This document shows, one piece after another, positions 22,900 to 33,490 of a stretch of 64,000 nt of DNA (position 1 is its first letter; every line of letters begins with the position of its first letter). Under the pieces are notes generated by a model. That model saw only the letters and a list, made by a program, of their open reading frames with translations. It had not been told where the DNA came from and ran no database searches. Source of the stretch: Coniocarpon cinnabarinum. Taxonomy: Eukaryota. The stretch lies in the NCBI GenBank assembly GCA_051942205.1, contig JAVECO010000018.1, forward strand, positions 62,001-126,000, written 5' to 3'. Both the position numbers and the translations under genes were made by a program.

Positions 22900-23668
22900 C
22901 GAAATTCTTGGGGCAATTGAGCATACCAGACATTATCCCGCATGCCACATGCTGACATTGAAGTTATTCTCCGCTCTGCTCATTAGTGAGTCGGGGAACT
23001 TGCAGTGCGTGCACAAAGTGAGGAAGATTGCGCGTAGTGATCGCGCTGTCTCGATCTCCATAATACTCGAAGTTATACCAAGACCTGCAGTCATCAGCTA
23101 CAGTTCGGCCGTGAGTTATCGTGTACTGGAGAGAGATCTAATGTAGATCCCATAGAGGGCGTACAAGCCAATGTGTCGTACGACGACATGCCGAAGATCT
23201 CGCCCGCTGCAGTGTATATATGCTCGATGCATTTCATCAGCGAAGTCACCCAGGGATCCCCTCCAGTCAAAGTTGCGGATCGCGGATAGTCTCAACATAG
23301 TTGTGGCGGTGCAATATACGTCTAAACCATTGGCCGTTTGTATGACGTGCATCATCTTTGGGCGAACTTGGCGAACTGTTCTGGCGGTTACGCAGATATC
23401 ATGTCGCAAAATCGTAGAGGAAGATTGATGTCAGTTCCACTGGTAGAAACGGCCACGAGATGGTTGTTATAACTCTGGCGACCTACAAAATGCACGTACA
23501 AAAAGCTAATGCTGGCCTACAGTATCATCATACAGGATTTTAGCTACCCATTCTTCGCCTTTTAACAATTCAACGAGTGTGGGATGGCGTGTACCATTCG
23601 CATGGGTATTCACTCGAGGCGCATACCCAAACCTTGACGTGCGGTCTTCTGGCAAAAGTATTTGACAT
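22900..23668 (-). pseudogene. Possible degenerate BTB/POZ-domain gene remnant
   Basis: Fragments in the expected order but in different frames: HVKVWVCASSEY, IFLYDF, then LDVYCTA...LRLSAIRNF...DFADEMHRAYIHCSGRDLRHVVV; resemblance judged by eye only. Confidence 0.4.
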
Positions 23669-24109
23669 GCCAGTTGCGAAGCAGGTACCTTGGCTCAGCC
23701 ATACTTTGACGACAAAAGAAAAGAAGATGCCGCGTCAAGTAAAGTACGCCCTCGCTACGATGTGCACATAAGGTAAGTAAATTGGATACTTACCATGTAC
23801 GACATCACGTGACAATATTGAAGGACGCAGGCCGAGCTGTGCTTGCTGACTTGGTACATAAAATAGTACTGAAGTGCACAAGAATATTATCTGCGCAAAA
23901 TTCAGTGGACGGTGCCAGCAGGCTTATGTTGGCGCCTCCCTCCACACCATCATGACGCACGTATTACATGCTTGGAGTGTTTACCGCTAGCTCTTTGGCT
24001 CAGATCTGGGAAGAATGAAATAGAATCTTATGCTGGGAAGCTCGTTGAAATTGCGCATAAAATACTATTCACTGTTTCTGGAAATTCAAAGTGTGAGGCG
24101 AGATTCAAT

Positions 24110-25753
24110 TCATGTCAGCGTAGACTTTGCCTCTGACAAGTAACCATCCTCGACTGTGACGTCTCCTTCGGTGGTTTGTATGACACCGTGCGCCCGTTTG
24201 CCCTCGATGTAAGCCACCGGCCCTTTGTAGATCTTGCGACCCTGTATCGCGTAGCTCACCAGGGCAAAACCCAGCACTGCCCCAATCACCACAATCGTCC
24301 AGTTCATCGTCGAGGGATCCACTGGCACAGAGACCGGGAAAAAGCTGAAGACAAGCATCATGCTGGCGAAGCCAATCGCGAAGATGTTGATAGGCGCACC
24401 GAATCTACCCAAGCTCCATCGTGCTGGAGGTAGCTCGTCGCCACGGAATCTTGCTGACAGTAGACATGCGATAGAGATGATGTACGTAGCCGTGGTGCCA
24501 ACGACAGATATCCCAATGATGATGTTGAACGCCAGGTTTGATCCCAGGTTGATGAGGCAGAGCACAATGTTGACAGCCATGGTGATCCAGATGGCATTCA
24601 GCGGCACCTGAAACCGTTTGGACACCTTGGCGATCCATCGCGAGAAGGGCATCCCATTGTCCCTGGCGAACGCCCACATCTGCCGTGACTCCGTCGCAAT
24701 GCAAGTTACATTGCTGCAACCCAGGATCAGCAGCAGAATAAACGTTAGCCCCGTCGCTGCAGCCGGCGAGCCGGTGCCGTTCAAAAACGCATTGACGAAG
24801 GGTTCATCCGCGTTGATGGCATCGTCCAAGCTGCCAATGCAGAAACACATCGCGATCATCATCCCGAATCCCATAAGGGTGTTCAGCACAAACGACCACA
24901 CCATCGCCCGTGGCACCGTCAACGCCGCATCATCCACCTCCTCCGCCATGTGCACCGCCGAATCCGCCCCCGCCATCGTATACAATATCCCCACCTGTCC
25001 CACCATCATCGCGAGCCCCGTAGAGTGCCACCCCCCATTATTCTCAACATCGCGAAACACCGCCTCCGCCGAGTTCTTGGGCGCCATCGCACACAACGTC
25101 ACCAGCACCACGACAAATCCCACAAAATGCACAACCAAGCTCAGGCTCTCAAACATGGGCAGAAAGCGCCGCCAAATCGTGTTCAGAGGCACGGCGGCGA
25201 ACGCCAGCGCTATCATGAGCAACGTCGCCTGCCACGGCTGGAACTCAAACCCTTCTGAAAAGTAACTCCGCATACTCTGCACCATCGTGACTTCGGGATA
25301 CAGACCCCCCGGTAACGCAGGCTGCCACGCAACGGTACACGTCCAACCAGCTAGATAACTCAAAAACCTTTGCCACCTCTGGGGCGCAAACTCGCTCACC
25401 CAGTGATATTGCCCCCCAGCCGTGGGCGCCATCGACGCCATCTCAGCAAGCGACACAATAACGGTGAGATAGCCCGCGAAGACCCAGAGGTATTGATATA
25501 TAGCCCCGCTGAAGCCGCCGTTGATGAGAGAGGTCGACGTCGAGAGGAGGGTGTACTCCCAGGTGCAGGAGAAGACGGAGGAGAAGCCGATAGTTGCCAG
25601 TGTGCGGAAGTTGCGGTGCAATTCTTGGGCTTTGCCGAGGCGGGCCATGGCGGTTTGGTCGTTTGATTGGGAGGCGGAAAGATCATTGGGAGAGGCATCG
25701 TGGGTTGTGGTGATAGTTTCGCTGGTGGAGAGGGTTGGCTTTTCGGGGATCAT
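24110..25753 (-). CDS. APC-family amino acid/GABA/choline permease
   Basis: SLAEMASMAPTAGGQYHWVSEFAP, DSAVHMAEE and SRQMWAFARDNGMPFS; about 12 hydrophobic segments; intronless. Confidence 0.95.
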   Translation of the reverse strand: MIPEKPTLSTSETITTTHDASPNDLSASQSNDQTAMARLGKAQELHRNFRTLATIGFSSVFSCTWEYTLLSTSTSLINGGFSGAIYQYLWVFAGYLTVIVSLAEMASMAPTAGGQYHWVSEFAPQRWQRFLSYLAGWTCTVAWQPALPGGLYPEVTMVQSMRSYFSEGFEFQPWQATLLMIALAFAAVPLNTIWRRFLPMFESLSLVVHFVGFVVVLVTLCAMAPKNSAEAVFRDVENNGGWHSTGLAMMVGQVGILYTMAGADSAVHMAEEVDDAALTVPRAMVWSFVLNTLMGFGMMIAMCFCIGSLDDAINADEPFVNAFLNGTGSPAAATGLTFILLLILGCSNVTCIATESRQMWAFARDNGMPFSRWIAKVSKRFQVPLNAIWITMAVNIVLCLINLGSNLAFNIIIGISVVGTTATYIISIACLLSARFRGDELPPARWSLGRFGAPINIFAIGFASMMLVFSFFPVSVPVDPSTMNWTIVVIGAVLGFALVSYAIQGRKIYKGPVAYIEGKRAHGVIQTTEGDVTVEDGYLSEAKSTLT

Positions 25754-26418
25754 TTTGTGCTTTTATGTTGGTAGTCAACAAAACTTGGGGGATATGAGAG
25801 AAAGGTAATAAGGACTGGTTGTGTTATTGCGAATGCATGTGTTGTAGGATGTCTGTGAGCATGGGCGATAGCGACATAGCATTTTTGAAAACCTGTCTAC
25901 GTAGCAGATGTTTAAATGGCGATGATTCCTGCGTCGTCGCGATGTGGGTACTTCCACCGGCCTGGCCGAGACCATGTATTGCATAAGAGAAGCCAGCCAA
26001 TGGACACAAGCAAAGGTGAGATACAAGCAAATAGGTACCTGCACGCTAGTGCAAGCGGAGGATTGTATGGGCTAGTCGTGGCTAGTGAGCGTTACAACTG
26101 CCGGATCAAGGCCGGCGATCAGACAGGCATTGTGTTCAAGCTCATATGGGATTCGTAGATCTGGTCTAGATGTACAGTTGGTCAACGCGACTGCAAGATT
26201 CGGCACTTGCGCCTTCATATGCTCGTGCACACCCCAAATGAGGTCCTTGAGGTGAAGCGTCTCCATGCTACTTCACGCCGGAATAGCCGAAATAAGGACG
26301 TGAGAGGGCTGTCGATTTTGCGCAGCCAGCATGTGCCCTTCAGATAATGTAGATACGCGCTGAGTAGCGAGTCTACATGCCAACGGTCTTTTGCGGCACG
26401 CCGTGACTGATAAACTTT

Positions 26419-28222
26419 CTACGTAGCCACATCTTTGATGGCTTTCGAGACATAGTCAGCCAGAGCAATCATCTTCTCTTCTTCAAACCGTCGTCCGACG
26501 AGCTGAATAGCCACTGGCGAACCATGGTACAGTTCCGGGTCGTAATTTGCTTGATTAGCTTCATCTGTCTTATCGAGAGGTTTGAAGTCAGTGTACGGTT
26601 TGTCGACAGACTTGTCGCAAGTCGTGACAGGTAACACGACTGCGCTATAGTCTGTCACATTGACCCACATCGTATACATCACAGACAAATGGCCTTCAGG
26701 TCGAGCTGCCGCGAATGGGTTTGCGGGACAAATAATGGCGTCAGCAGGACGACCAGTATTTGAGTCGGCAACAGTGCTGTTCCAGTACTCCATGTAATCT
26801 TTCTGCAGGGCACGCTTCGCGACGTTTGTGGCAGCGATCTGGCTGGCATTGTATTGCGGCACGCGCTCGTGATAAAAGGGTTTCACCTGAGGCGAGAGTG
26901 GTTCCCCAGAAAGACCAAATTGATCTTGGACATCATTCGCGCCGTCGAATATCCAGGTTTTAAGTGCAACGTCACGAAATTTGCTGTGAGATGGCGCCTT
27001 CCACTCGAAAGTGGTGTGACCCAGGCGCTCCATGGCTTTGACGGTTATGTCGATCGCTCTTTGCACCGGAGGATGAGTTGCTACAATGCCGTCGTGTCGG
27101 AAAACACCGAAAGACAGCTGGCCTGCATTTGCTCTTTCCATGGTCAGTGACGCTTGTTCTTCTCTCCAGGGAAGCTCCACAACAAGCGGATCGTGCAGCC
27201 ATGGCTGCTGACTCATGATAGCCTGCATGACCAGCTTCAAGGAGGCAGCACTGGTTGCGAGCGGTCCGACGACAGACAGAATGGTATTCTGACCGTCCAT
27301 ACTGTTCGACATGCCTTCGTACGGGACTCGTCCACTCGACGGTCTAATGCCGTACAACCCATTGACGGAAGCTGGAATCCGTATCGACCCACCTATGTCT
27401 GTTCCGAAGCCAAGAGGACTGCCACCCGCACTAATTAAAGCACCCTCGCCACCACTGCTCCCGCCGGCCGAGAGTTGACGGTTTCTCGAGTTCCAGCAAT
27501 AGCCCATAATATTGTTGATCGTCTCCGGAGTCATCAAAGTATGGGGCACTGATGTCTTGCAATAGAAGACGGCGCCTGCGGAACGGAGTTCAATAGCTAG
27601 TTCGCTCTCATGGTTGCGCTCCTTTCCAGTGCCTGTCTTGCCCTCGAAAGTCCCGATCCAACCAACATAGCCCATCGTAGTCTCCTGGCCTTTGACATGG
27701 AACTGATCCTTCAGACTGACGGGAACGCCGTGAAGCGGGCCCACTGGCTTTCGATATTTCGCAAAGTACGCATCAAGCTCTTCAGCTTGTTTAATACCTG
27801 GCGCCATTATATCAACGCATTGCCACCTCGAAAAGTCATATAATACAAGTCCTCATGCTTACCTTCATCGAAAAAGATCTCCAGTAAGCAGTTCGTCTTC
27901 GGCGGAGGTCAGTCAAGACATCATTTACAAGAACATAGCGGATCCATACCAACTGATGTGACAATGCAGCGCGGTGACAAAAGGCTTTGATGACATCGAC
28001 AGCTTTCCAAGCGCCAGAGGTTGTTTTCTGTGCAATGGAAGCCGCATCTTGCCTGGTTATGTGGATTTCCTGTTGACTGAGATGTTTTTCAATATACGCT
28101 GTACCTGCAATATCTCGTAGCGTTTCCCTTGACGGTGGATCTTGCAAGCGCCAGGCGTCTGGAATGAGTGCATTCACCGAATCACGCTTGGCTTTCGCCT
28201 TTTCTTCCCAGTTCGATGCCAT
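26419..28222 (-). CDS. Amidase-signature enzyme (acetamidase/general amidase type)
   Basis: GPLHGVPVSLKD, GGSSGGEGAL and GTDIGGSIRIP (Lys-Ser-Ser triad). Introns 27897-27949 and 27798-27862. Confidence 0.95.
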
Positions 28223-28482
28223 TGCAATCAGATGAGCTCCAACGGAAAAGAAGGAGGGTTGGTGCGGAGATGACTGAAAGCAGGTTCATATGCAAGTCGC
28301 GTTGTGATGCAAACTGATATGCCCCTCCTAAACTGGACTAGGTTCATGCACCTGCCAATTTCGAGGTAGTGCTGTTAATCCTTCCAGGTTTGGACGTTTG
28401 TCTGCCGAGCGAACAACATGAAAGCGCTCGTCATCATCGAAACCAAGCGCGGGCTCTCCAAGGTATGCATCCGTGCGAACGT

Positions 28483-29749
28483 TCATCCGAAGGTGGACTC
28501 AAACATTTGCCGTACATTAAGGTTAATGCGCTTCTTGGCAAGCCATCCGTGCCAAGGATGATACCTCTGAAGCCCCTTGTGATTATCAGCAGAGCCTGTG
28601 GCTGTTGAATGACAAGGCCAGGAGCTAAGTTCTGCTGGACAAGTGTCCGGGATCACAAGAGGCACACCGTGCCATGCAAAGCGTGAAGCACCAGTCATGT
28701 AGACAGCGTCGCCAGATCGCAACCTAAGAACTGCTTGTCGGAGTCCTTGGGGGGAGCTTTCACTGTCGCCAAGTGCAACCATGAAAAGACCATCACAGCC
28801 AATGCTCCAGCTGATCAAGCCGCGGTCGCAGAACTCGCTGACATCTCTGTGTAAGCTCAAAACATCTCCAGGTGAGTAGACGTTGAGGATCGCAGCTTCA
28901 GCAATTGTTTGCGGGAACAGGCGACACAGTAGATTCTGCAGGTCGGCTGGGAATGCAGGTGGTGCTTCGTCTGGATACTATCAGCGTAGCTGTCAGCCTT
29001 CAGATCAGAAAACCGGGTCAAAATACAATTGCCGTTACCTTCTTGGCAGTCCAGTCGTATTGGCCGCCCAAAGTGGCCCACCGCAGTCTCTTGATCAAGA
29101 ATTGCTGCGTTGTCAGTGGCTTGTGAGTATTGGGATCAAGAGGGGCGAAATTAGAAGTGGATGAGGGATCAAAGTCAAAGAAAGATTGACCGCTTGGAGG
29201 ATACTCGATATGATGATGAAAATGTACATTCGTTTTATGAATTGGACTCGACAAGTCACGGTGGAGCGTCTTGTCTAGTAAAGATCTTTGAACTTCTAGT
29301 GGCAAAAGCTGAGGAATTACAATCAGGCCTAGGTCGTTGCTTAGTATTGTACAGTACAAGAGGGAGTAGACGCCACGCGGATTGCACCAACCTGGGAGGT
29401 CCCTCGACTCGTAGCACTTCACGTCTTGAACTCCTGCCACCCCCAACCTTCCTGAAACACCCAAAAACTCATTGCAGACCTCTTCCAAGTCGACTTGGCC
29501 AAGCCATTGTCGCTCCACAAAAGCCCGTTGCTGGTGGTCCAATAGGCCTCGCCTGAAGTCCACAACATCCCCATCGTCATCCAAGGCTACTCCACGCGCC
29601 TTCTGGTATATCTTGTAGACGTTCTTGAAAGCCTCGGGCGGCTTTTCATGGGGATCCATGTGCATTGGTGAGAAGTAAGACGAGCTGAAACGTACTGCAA
29701 GCCGAGAAGGATGGGACAACGCGTGCTGCGACGCGCCAAGACGGGGCAT
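28483..29749 (-). CDS. AlkB-family Fe(II)/2-oxoglutarate dioxygenase (ALKBH1-like)
   Basis: LRWATLGGQYDW, N.YSPGD.LSLHRD, LRSGDAVYMTGASRFAWHGVP and RINLNVRQ. Introns 29329-29391 and 28978-29038. Start could be 29749, 29665 or 29659. Confidence 0.9.
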
Positions 29750-29786
29750 CAGCCCTACGATGCTGCAGCAGGCAATGCGCTTGTTG

Positions 29787-29843
29787 GTAAACACTTCGAA
29801 CTCCACCTGCGACCGTCTGCCCGTCCCACGTCCCACGTCCCAC
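29787..29843. promoter_or_regulatory. Forkhead-type GTAAACA site and (GTCCCAC)x3 repeat in the AlkB/CDK1 divergent promoter
   Basis: GTAAACA at 29787-29793; three perfect GTCCCAC copies at 29823-29843; function inferred only. Confidence 0.3.
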
Positions 29844-30048
29844 ATTGACCTTGGAATCGAAGTTCTCCCGCAGCGCAACGACACGTCAATGCTCACGCAG
29901 ATGACTTGGCATTTCTGGCAGTGACAATACCTTTTTTTCTCAACTCAGTCACTCCTTGCGCGCGCCTAACCGAGCTTGTTCGCCCGCGCTCAGCTGCTCT
30001 CTGACTTCAACTCCACGCTGAGCGAGCTTCGAGTAACGAGCGACAGCC

Positions 30049-31241
30049 ATGGAGAACTATGCGAAGATTGAGAAAATCGGTGAAGGTATGTCGATTCTAT
30101 CATTTTCACAAGTTTACAGCATGATTCATTTTCCGTGCTTTTTTTGCTTGAACATCCTCCACCGTCAAAAGTAGCATTCCTCACCCTGGTCTCTTCTGCA
30201 AAGTGCCGCGCGACTCGTTCCTCTAACCAGTCCAACACAGGCACCTATGGCGTCGTCTACAAAGCCCGCGACCTCAGCCACTCCAACCGCCTCGTCGCCC
30301 TCAAGAAAATCCGTCTCGAAGCCGAAGACGAAGGCGTCCCCTCCACCGCCATCCGCGAAATCTCCCTGCTCAAAGAGATGAAAGACCCCAACATCGTCCG
30401 CCTCTTCAACATCGTCCACGCCGACGGCCACAAACTGTATCTGGTGTTCGAGTTCCTCGACCTGGACCTGAAGAAGTACATGGAAGCGCTCCCGACCGAG
30501 GATGGCGGCCGCGGCAAAGCACTCCCCGAGGGCACAGGAAGCATGCTTAAAACGCTGGGACTGGGTGAGGGGATGGTCAAGAAGTTCACGTGGCAGCTCG
30601 TCCAAGGCGTCCGATATTGCCACGCCCACCGCGTGCTGCACCGCGACCTGAAACCCCAAAACCTCCTCATCGACAAAGAAGGCAATCTTAAACTCGCCGA
30701 CTTCGGCCTCGCGCGCGCCTTCGGCGTCCCCTTAAGGACATACACCCACGAGGTCGTCACTCTGTGGTATCGCGCCCCTGAGATCCTGCTCGGGGGGCGC
30801 CAATACAGCACCGGCGTGGACATGTGGAGCATCGGGTGCATCTTCGCAGAGATGTGCACGCGAAAGCCCTTATTCCCCGGCGACAGCGAAATCGACGAGA
30901 TCTTCAAGATTTTCCGCGTGTTGGGGACGCCGACGGAGAATACGTGGCCGGGCGTGAGCAGCTTCCCGGATTATAAGCCCAGCTTTCCGAAGTGGACGCG
31001 CAAGGAAGAGGAGCCGCTGGTGCCGGGGCTCAATGATCTGGGGTTGGATTTGTTGGAGGCGTTGCTCTTGTATGATCCGGCGTCGCGGATGAGCGCGAAG
31101 CAGGCGGTTATGCATCCATTTTTCGAGGGCGTAGTTGTGCCTGGGCAGGGGGTTGTGAAGACGGAGCTAGGGGGTGCGGTGCCGCAGGGGCAGTTGTTCG
31201 GTGGGCCACAACAACAGAGAGGGGCGCTGAAGGCGTTTTGA
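30049..31241 (+). CDS. CDC28: Cyclin-dependent kinase 1 (Cdc28/Cdc2/NimX)
   Basis: [20 protein letters not shown] across intron 30086-30240; [33 protein letters not shown] and [11 protein letters not shown]. Confidence 0.98.
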
Positions 31242-31519
31242 CGTGGTGGTTGTTGCGGGTGGTTGATGGTGAGAACGAGGCAATGAGGCACGAGGTCGAG
31301 ACACACTACCCTTTTCGTATCACGCAGCGCGAGCTGTCCAACAGGCATAGACGGCGTTATGGCGTCTAGTCGGGACGCATTGTAGTATCAGCGCTGTTTT
31401 GTGCGCGGCCAAAGCATCAATTCAATTTGTGAACCTGACTACATGTCCATTAAATTCAACGGAGAAATGCTCCCGAGGTGTGTCGTGTCATCGCCACGTA
31501 TATCATGATGTCCATCCAT

Positions 31520-33100
31520 TTATGACGAGTTCAACACCGCCGCAGTCGACCCGTCGTTACCCCGATTCACCTCACTTCGTGCCGGCGTAGCGCTATTCGC
31601 AGCAGCCGCATTCTGACCATCGACCTTCTTCCTCCTCTTCAAGCCCATGATCCTCGTCAACTCTCTCAACCGCGCAAACCGTTTCTTGTCCTCCTCCCTG
31701 ACCTCCTCTCTACTCTTGACCGAGCTCGAGCCCGCATCCACACTCCCATTGCCACTCTCGGCGCCACTGATTTGTCCCCCTGCGTCTGCTGAAGTTGGAA
31801 AAACGTCGCCGGTTGTAGCGTTTCTTATGCCGCTAGGCCTTGCGCCGCTTTTCCGTGCTCGAGCCCGGACACCAGCCCACTGTGCGATTACCCGTTGCAG
31901 GATTTCGTATGCAGGTAAATTTGCGAATGTGCCTTCGGGCATTGCTTGTGTAGCTCCGTTGATCCAGGGGCAGTAGTGCCGGTGGCTGGATAGCAGATCG
32001 AGTCTCATAAGAGTTTCTTCTTCTCCCTCAGTGCTCGAGGATGTAGGAGGTCGGGTATAAAGCCAGAGGCCAATGCGCCGGAAGCAGTGATGACACATCG
32101 CCGTCGGTGACGTTGAGCTTGTCTCCGGCATGAGTCGCCAGCCTGTGAGCGACAAAGTCAATACCGCAGGATTCAGTGACTTGACCACTGGAGCCGTCGC
32201 TGCGCCATCTTTGACTTGTGTGGCCTGAGCATGCGAAGCTTCCGTCCCCTGAAAAAAATCCTTCTCCAAATACCTTGCCATTTGTTCCACGTCCACCGGA
32301 CACTCCAGTCTCTCCACCACCGGCAACCCTCCCTTCTCCTCCAACTCACCGAAACTCCAATATCGCTCCTTCAACTCCCGCTGCCACACCTCCCCTCTCA
32401 CAACCCCAACCCGGTAAACATCATCCCCACAAGCCCGCCCCATTCTCCACAAACACCCTTCATGATGCCCCTCCCTCACAAGAAGCGCATACCTCTTCAC
32501 AAGCTCCGGACTCACCTCCTCGCTAAAATCCTCACTCCCCTCGATTTCTTTCCCTTCTTCATCTTTTCGCTTCGGTCGCAACGCAACCACAATTCTCGCT
32601 TCGCACCCTTTCTTACAGGCCACGCGATTGAGTCCATCACAACTCCAGCCCCGCTTCGCCCAGACGACTTCAGAGATCTCGTCCGGTTTCCCAGGCGTCC
32701 AAGTCGTTAAATCGCTGAATGTCTTGAGGCGTTTCAAGAAGCCGTCAGCGCTCCAGGGATTGTACTGGGCGGAGTCTTTGAGCGCGGCACGGCGATCTGC
32801 TTCTTTGCGTGCGAGGATGGCCTCTGTGCGGGTGTTGAGTTTGAGGCCGGGAGTATCATTGGGTGTCGTTGCGCGGGAGATGGTGTGGATGCTTGAGGGG
32901 TCGGTCAGGGGATGAGAGAGGACTGTTGACGAGCGAGGAGAGAGACGTGAGCGCTTGGAGGGTGGATCGTCGTTTGCTGTTGTGTTGGCGGAATGTGAGG
33001 TGCTTGTGGATGCGGTGGAGCGGGAGGATGAAGGACGTGAGGTGAGGCTTTCGATGAGGGTGTGGAATTTGCGCTTAGTAGAGGTCAGGGTTGCGGGCAT
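31520..33100 (-). CDS. rsm1: zf-C3HC/Rsm1 (NIPA/Pml39-like) nuclear mRNA export protein
   Basis: Y.PWS...FL.RLKTF, WAKRGW.C...C..GC, H.EGCLW, and a second module C..CFRRIGLWLY...H..YCPW. Confidence 0.85.
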   Translation of the reverse strand: MPATLTSTKRKFHTLIESLTSRPSSSRSTASTSTSHSANTTANDDPPSKRSRLSPRSSTVLSHPLTDPSSIHTISRATTPNDTPGLKLNTRTEAILARKEADRRAALKDSAQYNPWSADGFLKRLKTFSDLTTWTPGKPDEISEVVWAKRGWSCDGLNRVACKKGCEARIVVALRPKRKDEEGKEIEGSEDFSEEVSPELVKRYALLVREGHHEGCLWRMGRACGDDVYRVGVVRGEVWQRELKERYWSFGELEEKGGLPVVERLECPVDVEQMARYLEKDFFQGTEASHAQATQVKDGAATAPVVKSLNPAVLTLSLTGWRLMPETSSTSPTAMCHHCFRRIGLWLYTRPPTSSSTEGEEETLMRLDLLSSHRHYCPWINGATQAMPEGTFANLPAYEILQRVIAQWAGVRARARKSGARPSGIRNATTGDVFPTSADAGGQISGAESGNGSVDAGSSSVKSREEVREEDKKRFARLRELTRIMGLKRRKKVDGQNAAAANSATPARSEVNRGNDGSTAAVLNSS

Positions 33101-33490
33101 GACGAATGGACAACTCAAGTTGTTCTGAGCTGAGTCAATGCGGCCAGAGTATCGTCTTTGGGTGCTATAAACAAGATAAGAAACCAAAACACAGAGACGA
33201 AAGTCACTAGCAAACGATCAACAATGCCCAATGACTCGTACGAGTGACCTTTCTCTCGGACGAAGAAGCACCGAGCCAGTCACTACTGTTTACGCAAGCT
33301 ACAAGCATCACTAGCCCATGTGAAACTGGGCCCTCTGATGTGCGTATTTGTGTGTCCCTTGGGAAGACCAAGTCAGACTCATACGCTGTTATAATTCTTC
33401 TACAGCGTGGCGCTTCAGTCAAAGACAAGAACATTACGCTTACTGCGGCAGCTTGCTCCAGCACTGCCGGGTAGATTCCAATCAAAAACC

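Noticed and set aside
19216..31348. Long antisense or alternative-frame ORFs over the oxidase, permease and CDK1 (e.g. 24618-25265, 30257-30907)
   Set aside because: Shadow ORFs expected from GC-rich codon bias of the real genes; no recognisable motifs.
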